This document shows positions 19,162 through 29,833 of a stretch of 64,000 nt of DNA, piece after piece. The DNA is taken from NCBI GenBank assembly GCA_964485575.1, contig CAZAJO010000010.1, forward strand, positions 450 through 64,449. Direction: 5' to 3'. A program made the position numbers and the translations under genes. The notes beneath the pieces were generated by a model that was not told the origin of the DNA, searched no databases, and saw only the letters and a program-made list of their open reading frames with translations. This DNA comes from an uncultured Gammaproteobacteria bacterium. Its GTDB lineage: Bacteria > Patescibacteriota > Microgenomatia > Levybacterales > GWA1-39-11. How positions within the stretch are numbered: position 1 is the first letter of the stretch; each line of letters begins with the position of its first letter.

Positions 19162-21858
19162 TTATTTTTGCACAGAAGCCTTTCGAATTTCAATTTTGTT
19201 CTGGAAGTCATATTTAGCAAGAGTTGATGTCTCAAGAAAATTTTTGCCATATGAATCGGCAGAAGTATTTACTGGTACATAACCCTCTGGATAATCAACT
19301 ATGGTAGTTACTTTATATGGCTTGGTTCCCGGTTGTTTAATATATAAAAGTGAGTAATCAACAATAGTAGACAATAATTTGCCTGACCCGTTATCGTATT
19401 TAACTTCGATTTCAGCTTTTTCATTTTTAAGAACTGTTAAGACAAAGGCAAAATACGTAAAATTGTCACGACTGTACTGCTCTACTTCTAGCTTATCAGG
19501 TTGCTTGAAGTTTTTAGCTTCATAAATTTTAAAGTCAGTAACTGCTGGCGTAGTTGGTTGTTTTACTCCGTTTATAGTTATTTCTTTCAGGATGCTTCCC
19601 TTTGGGACAGCGAGCTTGATATAAGATTTATAGCCATCGACAGAGCTAGTATTTGTAAGGAGGAGTTTTGCTTGAGATGCGATTTTTCCTTGCTCCAACA
19701 TGGCTTCATATGTCACTTCTCTTGATATATGCGCGTTGACTTTATTTGCTCCTATATTTGCCTCGTTAATATATAAGAAGTCATTAATAGTTTTTGCACT
19801 AGTCCCTCTCGTATCCTTGTATTCTCCTGCGTACCCATTAGCCGAGAAAGCTTTTTGGATGGAGTTGTCACTAAATGAGATAAGAATATTTTTCTGCTCT
19901 AATAAATCTGGGATTAGTTTTGCAATCTTGACATAGAACTTAGAATCAGTTGTTGTTTTCAATAACAGTTGGGTAAAAAGGTTATTGAGTATGTCTCGCT
20001 TTTGGGTAGAACCTGGAAAGAAATTTGTTTTGATTGTGCTTTGGATGAAATCAGAAACAGTGTCACTGGTCACTGTAACATTATAATTTGGTAATGTTAT
20101 CGGACCTGACAATTTAAGAATTTCTTTTAACACTTCCAGGTCAACAGCAATGACTGCGTCTGGTTTTTTACCAGTCTCGAGGTTATATAGAAAAGCAGAC
20201 ATGCTAGCAGATTCCTGGAAGTTGAGAGAAAAATTGCTATCTCTCAAATACAAATGAGGTTGGAGATATCTCCTTACTATGAAGGGAGGCTCAATATGAT
20301 TTCTTAATTGACCATCAAGTTCATAGACATCTTGGATCGTCAAATTTTCAATTTTCCCATTTTTAACAACTGCATTGCCAATAGATCCAATAAATCCGCC
20401 TGTCGGACGAAGCTCTTCAGTATTTTGAAATAAAAGTAAATAATTCTTTTCTTCACTAAAACCTAAAATAGTTGGAAGAATTCCTGACAAACTTAAGAGT
20501 TTTGAATATGTTTGTTTTAGATTTGCTGAAATGTCTTTGTTTCCTGTTTCAAGTGTGACCCTCTGCCCTTCCTGATAAAGAAAGGAAAGATTTGATGTGA
20601 GTGTCGACAATAGCGGTTCAGACAAAATGTTTCCATTGAACAAAGAAGTCATAGTGCCTCCAGTAATTCGTGAAAGCTCACCAACTTTTTGTATCAATGT
20701 GTAATACGTTGTAACTCTTTGGAATGTATCTATATTGCCTACTAAGTCAAAAGCAATATTGGTAGTAGGTTTTATTGCTGTCAAAAAGTAGTTAGAGATT
20801 CTTGCATTCTTTTCAACATTTTTAAAGTTGTCTGACTTTATGTCCTCTACAGCTTGTCGTAGATAAAAAAGTCCCAGACCGAAAAAGAGAAGATTGATAA
20901 ATAGAAAAAGGAACGTCCCAAAAAAGATACTTAGGAGTGTAAATCGCAAGGAACTCAATAGCTGTTTCTTTTTCTTCGTCTTTTTTGATCTACTCGTAAA
21001 GTTGCCAGACTTCGTAGTGTCATGTTGAATATCTCTCCCTTCCAATATTGGTGTTATTGCTTTTTCAAACCCCTCAAAAGCAGCATCCATATAGGTGTCA
21101 CTCATCTGAAGTCGTGTCACGAGAATTGATTTTATTTCCTCACGGGAAATTGTTAAGGAATTTGTTTTCTCGTCAGAAAAATTTATTTTTATATCCGGAT
21201 CTATGCGAGCGACAATATGCGAAAGTGCAAGAACTGTCTCTGGGTTTTTATAGAACAAGAAGTGGATTATTCCGCTCTTATAGTTTCCCAACAATAATCT
21301 AAGTATTCCGCTTATTGCATCCTTGGTAGAAATTGGATAGATGGAGGACAAGTTATCGCCATGTAAGTCGATCTCTCTTTTTGATAATACATTCTCAATA
21401 ATTTTCGAAAGCTGCCCTTTTTGTTCGCCATCTTTTTGTACAAGAAGTTCACCCAACAAAGCAAACCTGACATGAGCACTCGTCTTATACTCTCTAATGA
21501 TTTCCAGGTTTTTTACAAGAGCAAACACTTCAATTGTAATTAGCACAGTCGTTTTATCCAACGCAAATTTTGACATGACGGGTGATAGAAAAGTTCCCGC
21601 TTTTTCACCTGCTAAAAGTACAAGAGCATAGTCTATTGTTTCTTCGAGCTTTGGTAGCAGGGTAGCGTCTTGATACGTTAGAAAGTAGATCTCAGGGAGG
21701 GTTTCAAGAAATTCAGGCTTCCTATTTGAGACTATAATTATTCGAAATTTCTTCGTATTTTGGTTCACCAATTGAGCTTGGAGAAATTCCTCATCTCCAT
21801 AGATACAAAGCAAGGGAAGTTTCGCATCTTTCTCTTCCACTAGATGAATGTTTGGCAT
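19162..21858 (-). CDS. Large membrane-anchored protein: cytoplasmic N-domain, one TM helix, large extracytoplasmic DUF4012-like domain
   Basis: 898 aa. A Lys-rich segment is followed by a single TM helix (LLSIFFGTFLFLFINLLFFGLGLFYL). The extracytoplasmic region contains RPTGGFIGSIG. The DUF4012 assignment is recalled from memory and tentative. Confidence 0.5.
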   Translation of the reverse strand: MPNIHLVEEKDAKLPLLCIYGDEEFLQAQLVNQNTKKFRIIIVSNRKPEFLETLPEIYFLTYQDATLLPKLEETIDYALVLLAGEKAGTFLSPVMSKFALDKTTVLITIEVFALVKNLEIIREYKTSAHVRFALLGELLVQKDGEQKGQLSKIIENVLSKREIDLHGDNLSSIYPISTKDAISGILRLLLGNYKSGIIHFLFYKNPETVLALSHIVARIDPDIKINFSDEKTNSLTISREEIKSILVTRLQMSDTYMDAAFEGFEKAITPILEGRDIQHDTTKSGNFTSRSKKTKKKKQLLSSLRFTLLSIFFGTFLFLFINLLFFGLGLFYLRQAVEDIKSDNFKNVEKNARISNYFLTAIKPTTNIAFDLVGNIDTFQRVTTYYTLIQKVGELSRITGGTMTSLFNGNILSEPLLSTLTSNLSFLYQEGQRVTLETGNKDISANLKQTYSKLLSLSGILPTILGFSEEKNYLLLFQNTEELRPTGGFIGSIGNAVVKNGKIENLTIQDVYELDGQLRNHIEPPFIVRRYLQPHLYLRDSNFSLNFQESASMSAFLYNLETGKKPDAVIAVDLEVLKEILKLSGPITLPNYNVTVTSDTVSDFIQSTIKTNFFPGSTQKRDILNNLFTQLLLKTTTDSKFYVKIAKLIPDLLEQKNILISFSDNSIQKAFSANGYAGEYKDTRGTSAKTINDFLYINEANIGANKVNAHISREVTYEAMLEQGKIASQAKLLLTNTSSVDGYKSYIKLAVPKGSILKEITINGVKQPTTPAVTDFKIYEAKNFKQPDKLEVEQYSRDNFTYFAFVLTVLKNEKAEIEVKYDNGSGKLLSTIVDYSLLYIKQPGTKPYKVTTIVDYPEGYVPVNTSADSYGKNFLETSTLAKYDFQNKIEIRKASVQK

Positions 21859-21948
21859 ACCATTAATTGTAGAGATATAATTACCGCTTGTCGAGTATTT
21901 TGAACGTAGTGCGGGAATAAGGTTACATCACTGGTGTTGGAAGGTTTT

Positions 21949-22371
21949 TTAGATTTTGAAGTCAAGCGCATCATTTACAAGGCTATCAGCTACCTTGTTT
22001 TGTTCACGTGGAATCTGAGAATATATAATTTGAGCTGATAATTGGGATTCAAGTCTCTTTGCAACAATAAACAGTTCTCTCATGTTAGGGTGCTTCACTT
22101 TAAATTTACCATCCATTTGACGGGCAACCAGAAGCGAATCCAGACGGAAGACAACCTCCTCAATATTTGGATAGTGTTCTATGACCCAGCGGAATGCATT
22201 GATGACTGCGGAGTATTCGGCAACATTATTCGTGTTAATGCCAATTCTTTTTCCTTCTCCATAGATCTGATTATTACTTTCGTCAAAAACGGCAAATCCA
22301 TAGGCTGCCTCTCCAGGATTCCCCCGTGAACCTCCGTCTCCGTATATGATGAGTTTTGAATGCGGTTTCAT
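21949..22371 (-). CDS. rnhA: Ribonuclease H (RNase HI-like)
   Basis: 140 aa. N-terminal GDGGSRGNPG and NNVAEYSAVI catalytic DEDD-type residues. Confidence 0.75.
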   Translation of the reverse strand: MKPHSKLIIYGDGGSRGNPGEAAYGFAVFDESNNQIYGEGKRIGINTNNVAEYSAVINAFRWVIEHYPNIEEVVFRLDSLLVARQMDGKFKVKHPNMRELFIVAKRLESQLSAQIIYSQIPREQNKVADSLVNDALDFKI

Positions 22372-22420
22372 TTATGCATTGCAGTTTTTTTCGATGGTGG
22401 TAACCGAAAAGACCGTCAAA

Positions 22421-23677
22421 TTAAGCTTTTTTGCTTCTTACAAAATACCATAGCATGAAGAGAAAAACTAGGGCTTCAGATATTCCTGTGGCGATTGCGG
22501 ATGCATTATAAGAATACTTTGGAACAAAAATAATGTTCAGAATAACATTGAGAAGTAAAGCGCCACCATATAGAGGAACAAGGAATTTTAATTTATTATT
22601 GATGACGAAATGCCATTGCAAAAGACTTGTCATAAAAAAGAACGGAAGAGAGAGAGCTAGTATTTGAAATGGCAAAACCGATAGTGAGAAATCACTTTTA
22701 ATAAATGTTAGGAGGGGAGCACCGAAGAATGCGATGAAAGTAATTGCTAGTGAGGAAAAAATGAAAAGAGATGAGTAGCGTTTAATTAACGGTGTATAGG
22801 TTTTCGGATTTTTGCTTTCACGAAGCAGCAAAGGGTAAACACTATTTGCAAGATATGCTGGGAAAGCAAGAAGTATCTCAAAGAATTTATATGAAATTCC
22901 ATAAACTCCAACATCACTTGTTGGACGATATACAGACAAGATAAATATATCTGCCTTTGCATAAAGTAAATTGAAAAAAAGCATCATGCCAAGCGGTAGT
23001 GACGCAATAACTAAATTCTTTGAAAAAGAATTAAAGTTTGATGTCTTTTTGATGTTAAGGTTATACTTTTTTTTCATGACAAGAAAGAGTGTTGAGACAA
23101 GAACAGATCCGGAAACGATATATGAAAGTAAAAGTAAAGAAAGATTTTTTTGAGAGGAGGCAAAAAGAATAAACACTAATAAAACAATCGATGAAAGAAT
23201 GCTTGGGATAAGAGAAACAGAATAGGAGAGTTTCCTTTGAAGAAATGCTTGGAGTGAAATATTTATTCCAATAACAATAAGAGTCAGAGAATATATTACA
23301 ATTCCGTATTTTTCAATTTCCGAAAAACCAGTGCCAGCTAACTTGTTTTCTGGAAGTAGCTGTGCAAGAAAAGCGATGAGTGGTATCAGGAGGAAAGAGA
23401 AGAGAAGGCGGAGGATGATGAGGTTCCCAAAATACTTACCAATATTTTCGTAGTGCTCCTTTATAAAAATGGAATTCATGCCAAAATCTAAGATTAGATA
23501 AAATATTGAGACGAAGGCAACAATCTTTGTAAAGCTCCCAAGCGTTTCATAACCGGCAAAATAAGCGATAAGCAGTGTCGCAATCAACGTTGGTATACTT
23601 GTGGATATACGAATCAGAAATTGGACAAGAGTATTGAGGGAGACTGATTTTAGCTCAAGACCTGACAAGCGCTGCAT
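22421..23677 (-). CDS. Oligosaccharide flippase (Wzx/MOP superfamily) polytopic membrane protein
   Basis: 418 aa, about 12 TM helices, polysaccharide-biosynthesis-protein layout. Confidence 0.6.
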   Translation of the reverse strand: MQRLSGLELKSVSLNTLVQFLIRISTSIPTLIATLLIAYFAGYETLGSFTKIVAFVSIFYLILDFGMNSIFIKEHYENIGKYFGNLIILRLLFSFLLIPLIAFLAQLLPENKLAGTGFSEIEKYGIVIYSLTLIVIGINISLQAFLQRKLSYSVSLIPSILSSIVLLVFILFASSQKNLSLLLLSYIVSGSVLVSTLFLVMKKKYNLNIKKTSNFNSFSKNLVIASLPLGMMLFFNLLYAKADIFILSVYRPTSDVGVYGISYKFFEILLAFPAYLANSVYPLLLRESKNPKTYTPLIKRYSSLFIFSSLAITFIAFFGAPLLTFIKSDFSLSVLPFQILALSLPFFFMTSLLQWHFVINNKLKFLVPLYGGALLLNVILNIIFVPKYSYNASAIATGISEALVFLFMLWYFVRSKKA

Positions 23678-23708
23678 ATAGAAAGTATATCGGGGTACAA
23701 AGAACTAA

Positions 23709-24311
23709 TCAACGTTTAGTGACGACATCTGACAACTTTTGTCCTGATGGTAATGTGGGGGTAGGTTTAAAGGGGGCAAACAAGGCCTGCAAAGACATAA
23801 AATTATAGTAGGGTTTGTTCTCTCTAATAAATTTCGCTGCTTTATAAATTCCGACTAAACGCTTGTGGTGTTCTCCAGTAAAAAGTTGTGTTAGCTCGCC
23901 ATGCCGGAACGTTTGCGTGAGTATAACATCATCATAATATTCATTGCTATTACCCTTCACGCGTGTAGTAGTCACTGTAAAAGATGCAGTTAATTCTTGG
24001 CCGGCTGCATCGGGACCTGAAAAACTTAATATATCTGCTTCTTCTCTGCAGGAGAGCATCGCGACCCCAGACCGGTTTTCATCGGAACCATCATTCAAAA
24101 GGAAGAAGGAATCACCATCATCAAGGAAAGTATGAGTTATCGTTCCAAACGGTTCTGTGTCTTTTTGAAACCTAGAGTCATGGAATAATTGTATTTCATG
24201 TACACCCTCAGGGCTTCTAAAATCAATTGTTCTTCCCATTGAATAAAAACGCTCCTTTGGGCAAACGGAAGCTGGGTCAAAATTAGAAGGATTGGGATAT
24301 TCCCCTGCCAT
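23709..24311 (-). CDS. Hypothetical protein
   Basis: 200-aa ORF with no recognisable motifs. Confidence 0.4.
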   Translation of the reverse strand: MAGEYPNPSNFDPASVCPKERFYSMGRTIDFRSPEGVHEIQLFHDSRFQKDTEPFGTITHTFLDDGDSFFLLNDGSDENRSGVAMLSCREEADILSFSGPDAAGQELTASFTVTTTRVKGNSNEYYDDVILTQTFRHGELTQLFTGEHHKRLVGIYKAAKFIRENKPYYNFMSLQALFAPFKPTPTLPSGQKLSDVVTKR

Positions 24312-24420
24312 TATAAAATCAAGAATCTAGCACCAATGTAACAAAATTAAAAAAATGGTGCAAGAAGTCTAACTGTATCAATTTGTTGAAGCCAACTTAG
24401 CCTCATGGTAGAATTGGGAA

Positions 24421-26487
24421 ATGGACAAGGTGTACGATCACACGAAAGTAGAGGATGCTCTTTATAAAGAATGGGAAGAGAAAGGATACTTCAAGCCCGA
24501 AATAAATCCTGAGGGGGAGCCCTATTCTATAATTCTGCCGCCCCCAAATGCCAATGCCCCATTACATTTCGGGCACGCCATGTATGTTATCGAAGACATT
24601 CTTATCCGCTATCATAGAATGAAGGGGTTCAAGACTTTGTGGGAGCCGGGAGCGGATCATGCAGGATTTGAGACTCAATTTGTTTTTGAAAAAAGGCTAG
24701 CATTGGAGGGGAAGAGTAGATTTGATTACGACCGCGACACTCTATACAAAATGATTTTAGAATTTGTCCAGGGCAATAGACCTATCATGGAGGGACAGCT
24801 TCGGAAGATGGGATTCTCTCTTGATTGGTCGCGAAAAAAACTCACAATAGATCCGGAAATTGTTGAAGTTGTTTATAAGAATTTTAAGAAGCTTTATGAT
24901 GACGGACTGGCGTATAGAGCAGAGCGGTTGGTTAATTATTGTACATTTGACGGGACTTCCTTTTCTGATTTAGAGGTAGTTCATGAAGAGAGACAAAGTC
25001 AGCTGTATTACATAAAGTACGGCCCCTTAGTTTTGGCAACAACACGTCCAGAAACAAAATTTGGAGATACGGCTGTTGCTGTTAATCCAAAGGACAAGCG
25101 GTATGAGAAATATGTTGGACAAGAATTGGAAATAGAAACTGTTCTCGGACCGTCAAAAATAAAAGTAGTTGCTGATGACATGGTTGACATGGAATTTGGG
25201 ACTGGCGTTGTAAAAATTACTCCGGCACATGATTTTAATGATTTCGAAGTTGCTAAGCGTCACGACTTGCCAATGAAACAAGTTATTGGACTTGATGGGA
25301 AAATGATGGAGGAAGCTGGAGAATTTGCTGGGATGTATGTTAAGCAGGCAAGAAAAGCAATTGTTGAAAAAATGCAGGAGAAAGGTCTTATCGAAAAGAT
25401 AGATGAGAATTACAATAACAGGGTAGGACTTTGTTATAAGTGTAAAAATGTTTTAGAACCGCTTCCTTTAGAGCAGTGGTTCATAAAAATGGAGCCATTA
25501 GCAGGTCCAGCAATTGAAGCGGTAAAAAAAGGTGACACAAAAATATATCCAGCAAGTTTTGATAAGTTATATTTTCAATTTTTGGAAAACATTCGAGACT
25601 GGAATATTTCAAGGCAGGTTGTTTGGGGAATTAGAATTCCTGCATGGAAAAACAAAAAAACAGGGAAGTGGAAAATTACGGAAGGAAAAGCTCCAGAAGG
25701 TGAAGAGTGGGAGCAGGATAGTGACACGTTTGATACCTGGTTTTCTTCATCGCAATGGCCTTTTGCAACCCTTATGACAACAAACGAAAAAGATTATGAG
25801 ACTTTTTATCCAACAACTGTTATGGAAACTGGATATGATATTCTGCGATGGTGGGTTGCCCGCATGATGATGATGGGGCTTTTTGCCACAGGGAAAGTTC
25901 CTTTTAAAAATGTAGTACTTCATGGACTCGTCAATGACCCTCTTGGAAAGAAGATGAGTAAGAGTAAGGGCAATGTTGTCAATCCTTTAGAATTAGTTGA
26001 TCAATATGGGGCAGACGCAGTGAGATTTGCGCTTGTTTATGGGACAGCACTTGGTAATGATCAGGCGCTTTCTTATCCGAAATTGGAAGCGGCTCGTAGA
26101 TTTACAAATAAATTATGGAATATGGGTAGATTTATTATTGATTTTAAACCTGATGACTCTCAGAGTGAAATGTCTGACCATGCAGACGACAAAGCTATTA
26201 TTTCGAAGCTTAATGAGGTTATAAAAACGATTGATGCAGCATATGCTTCTTATAGATTTAATGACATCTCAGATCTTCTTTACGAATTTACTTGGCATGA
26301 GTTTGCAGATAAATACATAGAATCGACTAAAGACAGAAGAGCAGAAGCGCAACCAACTTTAGAATTCGTTTACTCTACAATTTTAAAACTTCTTCATCCA
26401 ATAATGCCCTTTGTGACGGACGAGATATATAGGAAAGTAAATAACTCTCAAGATTCGATAATGATATCCTCCTGGCCGCAAGCCTAG
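24421..26487 (+). CDS. valS: Valine--tRNA ligase (short form lacking the C-terminal coiled-coil)
   Basis: 688 aa. PPPNANAPLHFGH (HIGH), KMSKS, and the ValRS-type editing domain segment GTGVVKITPAHDFNDFEVAKRHDLP. Confidence 0.85.
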   Translation: MDKVYDHTKVEDALYKEWEEKGYFKPEINPEGEPYSIILPPPNANAPLHFGHAMYVIEDILIRYHRMKGFKTLWEPGADHAGFETQFVFEKRLALEGKSRFDYDRDTLYKMILEFVQGNRPIMEGQLRKMGFSLDWSRKKLTIDPEIVEVVYKNFKKLYDDGLAYRAERLVNYCTFDGTSFSDLEVVHEERQSQLYYIKYGPLVLATTRPETKFGDTAVAVNPKDKRYEKYVGQELEIETVLGPSKIKVVADDMVDMEFGTGVVKITPAHDFNDFEVAKRHDLPMKQVIGLDGKMMEEAGEFAGMYVKQARKAIVEKMQEKGLIEKIDENYNNRVGLCYKCKNVLEPLPLEQWFIKMEPLAGPAIEAVKKGDTKIYPASFDKLYFQFLENIRDWNISRQVVWGIRIPAWKNKKTGKWKITEGKAPEGEEWEQDSDTFDTWFSSSQWPFATLMTTNEKDYETFYPTTVMETGYDILRWWVARMMMMGLFATGKVPFKNVVLHGLVNDPLGKKMSKSKGNVVNPLELVDQYGADAVRFALVYGTALGNDQALSYPKLEAARRFTNKLWNMGRFIIDFKPDDSQSEMSDHADDKAIISKLNEVIKTIDAAYASYRFNDISDLLYEFTWHEFADKYIESTKDRRAEAQPTLEFVYSTILKLLHPIMPFVTDEIYRKVNNSQDSIMISSWPQA

Positions 26488-26522
26488 CTTTCAAATTTTC
26501 TTCTGTGCTACACTAAAATCAT

Positions 26523-27326
26523 ATGTTTCTTCTTTTTGATATAGGGGGTACAACAACTCGTTTTGCTGTTTCTTATACCGGTGACAAGATTGATGATGTA
26601 AAGCTTTTCCCAACAAATCACGATTTTGACCAAGCCATGGAGCAGATGAAAAGCGTTGCTTCCGATTTTGCTAATGGTGAAAAGTACCACGCAGTTGTTG
26701 GGGGAGTTAGATCATACAACAAAAAAAATGGATCCCTTTTTGATCACCCAACAATCCCACTCTGGGTAGGTGTCCCTCTTTTAGATAAAATGAGGGAAGC
26801 GTGGGGAGATGTGTTTATTGAGAATGATTGTGTGATGGTAGGATTGGGAGAGGCCGTCCATGGGGCAGGGAAGGGCGAAAAAATAGTTGCATATGTGACG
26901 TTATCTACCGGTGTTGGAGGGTGCAGAATCACAAACGGTAAGGCCGATGAGACTGAATACAGCTTTGAGCCAGGGAACATGTTGATAAATGGGCCTGAAG
27001 GACAAGACTATTTAGAGAACATCGTTTCAGGAAGCGCAATTGAGAAGAGGTATGGAGTCTCCCCATTTGACCTCACAGATGAGAATGCTTGGGAGGAAAT
27101 TTCTGAATATGTGTCAGTTGGTTTGAATAACGTAGCAGTTATGTGGTCCCCAAATATTATCGTTCTTGGAGGGTCTGTTCCTCAGCGAATTGACTTTGAA
27201 AAAGTGAATGAATATCTGAAGAAGCATTGCAGGATTTATCCTGAGGTGCCATTGGTTAAAATGGCTGAGATTGACGAGCAAGGTGGCCTCTATGGAGCAC
27301 TTGCGTACTTAAAAAATCTTCCCTGA
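26523..27326 (+). CDS. ROK/BadF-type sugar kinase-like protein (ASKHA fold)
   Basis: 267 aa. N-terminal FDIGGTTTR phosphate-1 motif and GVGG.. glycine-rich motifs. Confidence 0.55.
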   Translation: MFLLFDIGGTTTRFAVSYTGDKIDDVKLFPTNHDFDQAMEQMKSVASDFANGEKYHAVVGGVRSYNKKNGSLFDHPTIPLWVGVPLLDKMREAWGDVFIENDCVMVGLGEAVHGAGKGEKIVAYVTLSTGVGGCRITNGKADETEYSFEPGNMLINGPEGQDYLENIVSGSAIEKRYGVSPFDLTDENAWEEISEYVSVGLNNVAVMWSPNIIVLGGSVPQRIDFEKVNEYLKKHCRIYPEVPLVKMAEIDEQGGLYGALAYLKNLP

Positions 27327-27327
27327 A

Positions 27328-29091
27328 TTATTTTACAGTTACACTTTTTGCAAGGTTCCTTGGTTTGTCGGGATCTGGAACTTTTCTTGCTAAAGCGACA
27401 TAGTAGCCTAAAAGATGAGCAATTGTCACTTGGGGAAGGATAGTTGCTTCTTCAATATCTGCTGTTGGGAGAAAATCATCAAACACACTGTTATTTAGCG
27501 GACCAATTCCAACCACATATGCACCTCTGGCTTTTACTTCTTGGGCATTTGAGATGATCTCGGCGTACGTTTCGTCATTTGGAGCAAATACAATTACAGG
27601 CGTCCCTTTTTCGATGAGTGCCATTACCCCATGCTTTAATTCACCACCAGGGAAGGCTTCTGCGTGAATAAAGCTTCCTTCCTTAAGTTTTAATGCTGTC
27701 TCGAGGGCCGCGGTATATGAAAATCCACGGCCTATTATATATATGTGTTCACTTTTGTTAAGGTGCACGGCTAATTTTTCAACCCTCTTTATGTAGGAAG
27801 GGGTAAGAATATCTCCAACATTAACAGCAGCTTTTTGAAGTATATACTTCCCTTTCTTTTCTCCACCTGCATATGTGAATGCAGTGAGTATTAACATGGC
27901 AAGCATTGCTGTAAAGCTTTTTGTTGCAACAACTGCTTTTTCGGGGCCAGAATTTAGTAGAGCTGCATAATCAGAGATTCTGAAGAGGGTTGAGCCTTCA
28001 ACATTTATAATGGAGGCAACTTTTGCCCCTTTTTTCTTCATGCGGGTCACAGGTTCGATGACGTCAATTGATTCTCCACTTTGGGAAATGGGTATGAGAA
28101 GTGTTTTTGAATTCACAAAATCCTCGCTGTATTTAAATTCAGATCCTATCGCAAAATTTACGTGAAGATGGGCAATTTTTGAAAAAAGATATGTAGCACC
28201 AATCGCAGCATATGAAGCAGAACCACATGCAACGAGAAATATTCCTTTTGCTTGCTTGATATATCTTGAAAGTTCTGTAGCATCCTTTTGTGAGTTACGG
28301 GCTATATGGTTGATGACCTTTTGCTCTTCATGTGTTTCCTTAATAAAGTAGTGCTTAAAATTGCCCAATTCGCTTTTTTCAAATTTCCAGGAAAGGGTAG
28401 TATATTTAGGTTTTATCTTCTTTTCTGTCAGTAGATTTATTACCTGCAGGGTTTTGCCAACCACAATCATTTGATTGTCCTCAATAAACATGACCTTTTT
28501 TGTATGTTTTACAATCCCAGCTGCATCTGACGCTAAAAAGTAGCCATCAAGGCTTTTACCAACAACAAGAGGAGAGCCATTCTTAGCTGCGATAATTTCA
28601 GACGATTTGGCATTCATGACCACGATTGCATTCATTCCATGAAGTTTTTTGAACGCATTTTTGACAGAAAGAGCAAAATCATTTGTCTTTAGCTCTTCCT
28701 CTATGAGGTGCACAGCAACTTCAGTATCGGTTTGGGAAACGAATTTGTGTCCAAGCGTTAATAAATCCGCTTTTAGTTTCTCAAAATTCTCAATAATTCC
28801 ATTATGAAGAAGCGCGATTTGTCCAGAACAGTCTAAATGTGGATGGGCATTTTTTTCAGTTACCCCTCCATGGGTTGCCCATCTTGTGTGACCTATGCCA
28901 AGCGAGGTTGAGGTTAAAGATGTTTTGGCCATCCCTATTTTCCCTATGTGTTTTTCAATTTCGATTTCAGCCCCTTTTTTTATTGCTATTCCCCAGGAGT
29001 CATACCCTCTGTATTCTAGGGATCTAAGCCCTTTAAGAATTACTGAAGCACTTTTTTGTTTTTTTGATACAAAACCAAATATACCGCACAT
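27328..29091 (-). CDS. glmS: Glutamine--fructose-6-phosphate aminotransferase (isomerizing)
   Basis: 587 aa. MCGIFGFV N-terminal nucleophile start, followed by two SIS domains. Confidence 0.92.
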   Translation of the reverse strand: MCGIFGFVSKKQKSASVILKGLRSLEYRGYDSWGIAIKKGAEIEIEKHIGKIGMAKTSLTSTSLGIGHTRWATHGGVTEKNAHPHLDCSGQIALLHNGIIENFEKLKADLLTLGHKFVSQTDTEVAVHLIEEELKTNDFALSVKNAFKKLHGMNAIVVMNAKSSEIIAAKNGSPLVVGKSLDGYFLASDAAGIVKHTKKVMFIEDNQMIVVGKTLQVINLLTEKKIKPKYTTLSWKFEKSELGNFKHYFIKETHEEQKVINHIARNSQKDATELSRYIKQAKGIFLVACGSASYAAIGATYLFSKIAHLHVNFAIGSEFKYSEDFVNSKTLLIPISQSGESIDVIEPVTRMKKKGAKVASIINVEGSTLFRISDYAALLNSGPEKAVVATKSFTAMLAMLILTAFTYAGGEKKGKYILQKAAVNVGDILTPSYIKRVEKLAVHLNKSEHIYIIGRGFSYTAALETALKLKEGSFIHAEAFPGGELKHGVMALIEKGTPVIVFAPNDETYAEIISNAQEVKARGAYVVGIGPLNNSVFDDFLPTADIEEATILPQVTIAHLLGYYVALARKVPDPDKPRNLAKSVTVK

Positions 29092-29092
29092 G

Positions 29093-29746
29093 TTAGACAG
29101 TTAAATGTGAATACTTCAGTAGTTTTTTAGGGTCAGTTATAACATAGCGGCCGGACATGTGAGTAAGAATATTTTGAACGGTTAGCTTGCTGATCTCAAT
29201 GCTCGTTGTCTCACGACTAATGCCGATAAGATCAGCAATATCTTGCTGAGTTAATTTCAGGGGTATATTGATCTTGTCTCCATCCTCTTTTCCGAAGCGT
29301 TCACCTAATATGTGGATGATAGAAGCTACTTTTTGAGTTGCACTTCCGAATGCCATCTGTTCCATGCGTTGCATAAGTCCTCTCATTCTGATTGATATAT
29401 TTTGTGCAATCATGAATTGTACGTCGGGATTTTGTTCAAGAAACAGCAAAAAAGCCTCACGGTTCTTCTCAAGCACTGTGCATTCCCCCATAGCTCTAAA
29501 AGAATGTCCGTTATGAATTTTGTTAAAAATCCAAGTGTATGAAAAAATATCTTCCGGCTTAAATATAAATAGTGTGAATTCGCGACCATCTTGAGACGAA
29601 GCTGAATCCTTGATATATCCTCTTTTCAGATAGAATGCTGCTGAACGTTGGTCTCCGGCACGAAGAACTATCTCGCCATTTTTGAAGTGACTGGGTTTTG
29701 AAGTAGCAAAAAATTTCTTTAATTTTTCACTTGGAGTCAAATCCAT
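29093..29746 (-). CDS. Crp/Fnr family transcriptional regulator
   Basis: 217 aa. cNMP-binding-like beta-roll plus a C-terminal HTH (DIADLIGISRETTSIEISKL). Confidence 0.75.
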   Translation of the reverse strand: MDLTPSEKLKKFFATSKPSHFKNGEIVLRAGDQRSAAFYLKRGYIKDSASSQDGREFTLFIFKPEDIFSYTWIFNKIHNGHSFRAMGECTVLEKNREAFLLFLEQNPDVQFMIAQNISIRMRGLMQRMEQMAFGSATQKVASIIHILGERFGKEDGDKINIPLKLTQQDIADLIGISRETTSIEISKLTVQNILTHMSGRYVITDPKKLLKYSHLTV

Positions 29747-29833
29747 TTACTGGCTGCAGTATATCAGGTAAGAAAAGTGTTAGCAACTTAACACTCTTTC
29801 TGTAATCTTTATTACGGAATTTATGGGTTCGAA

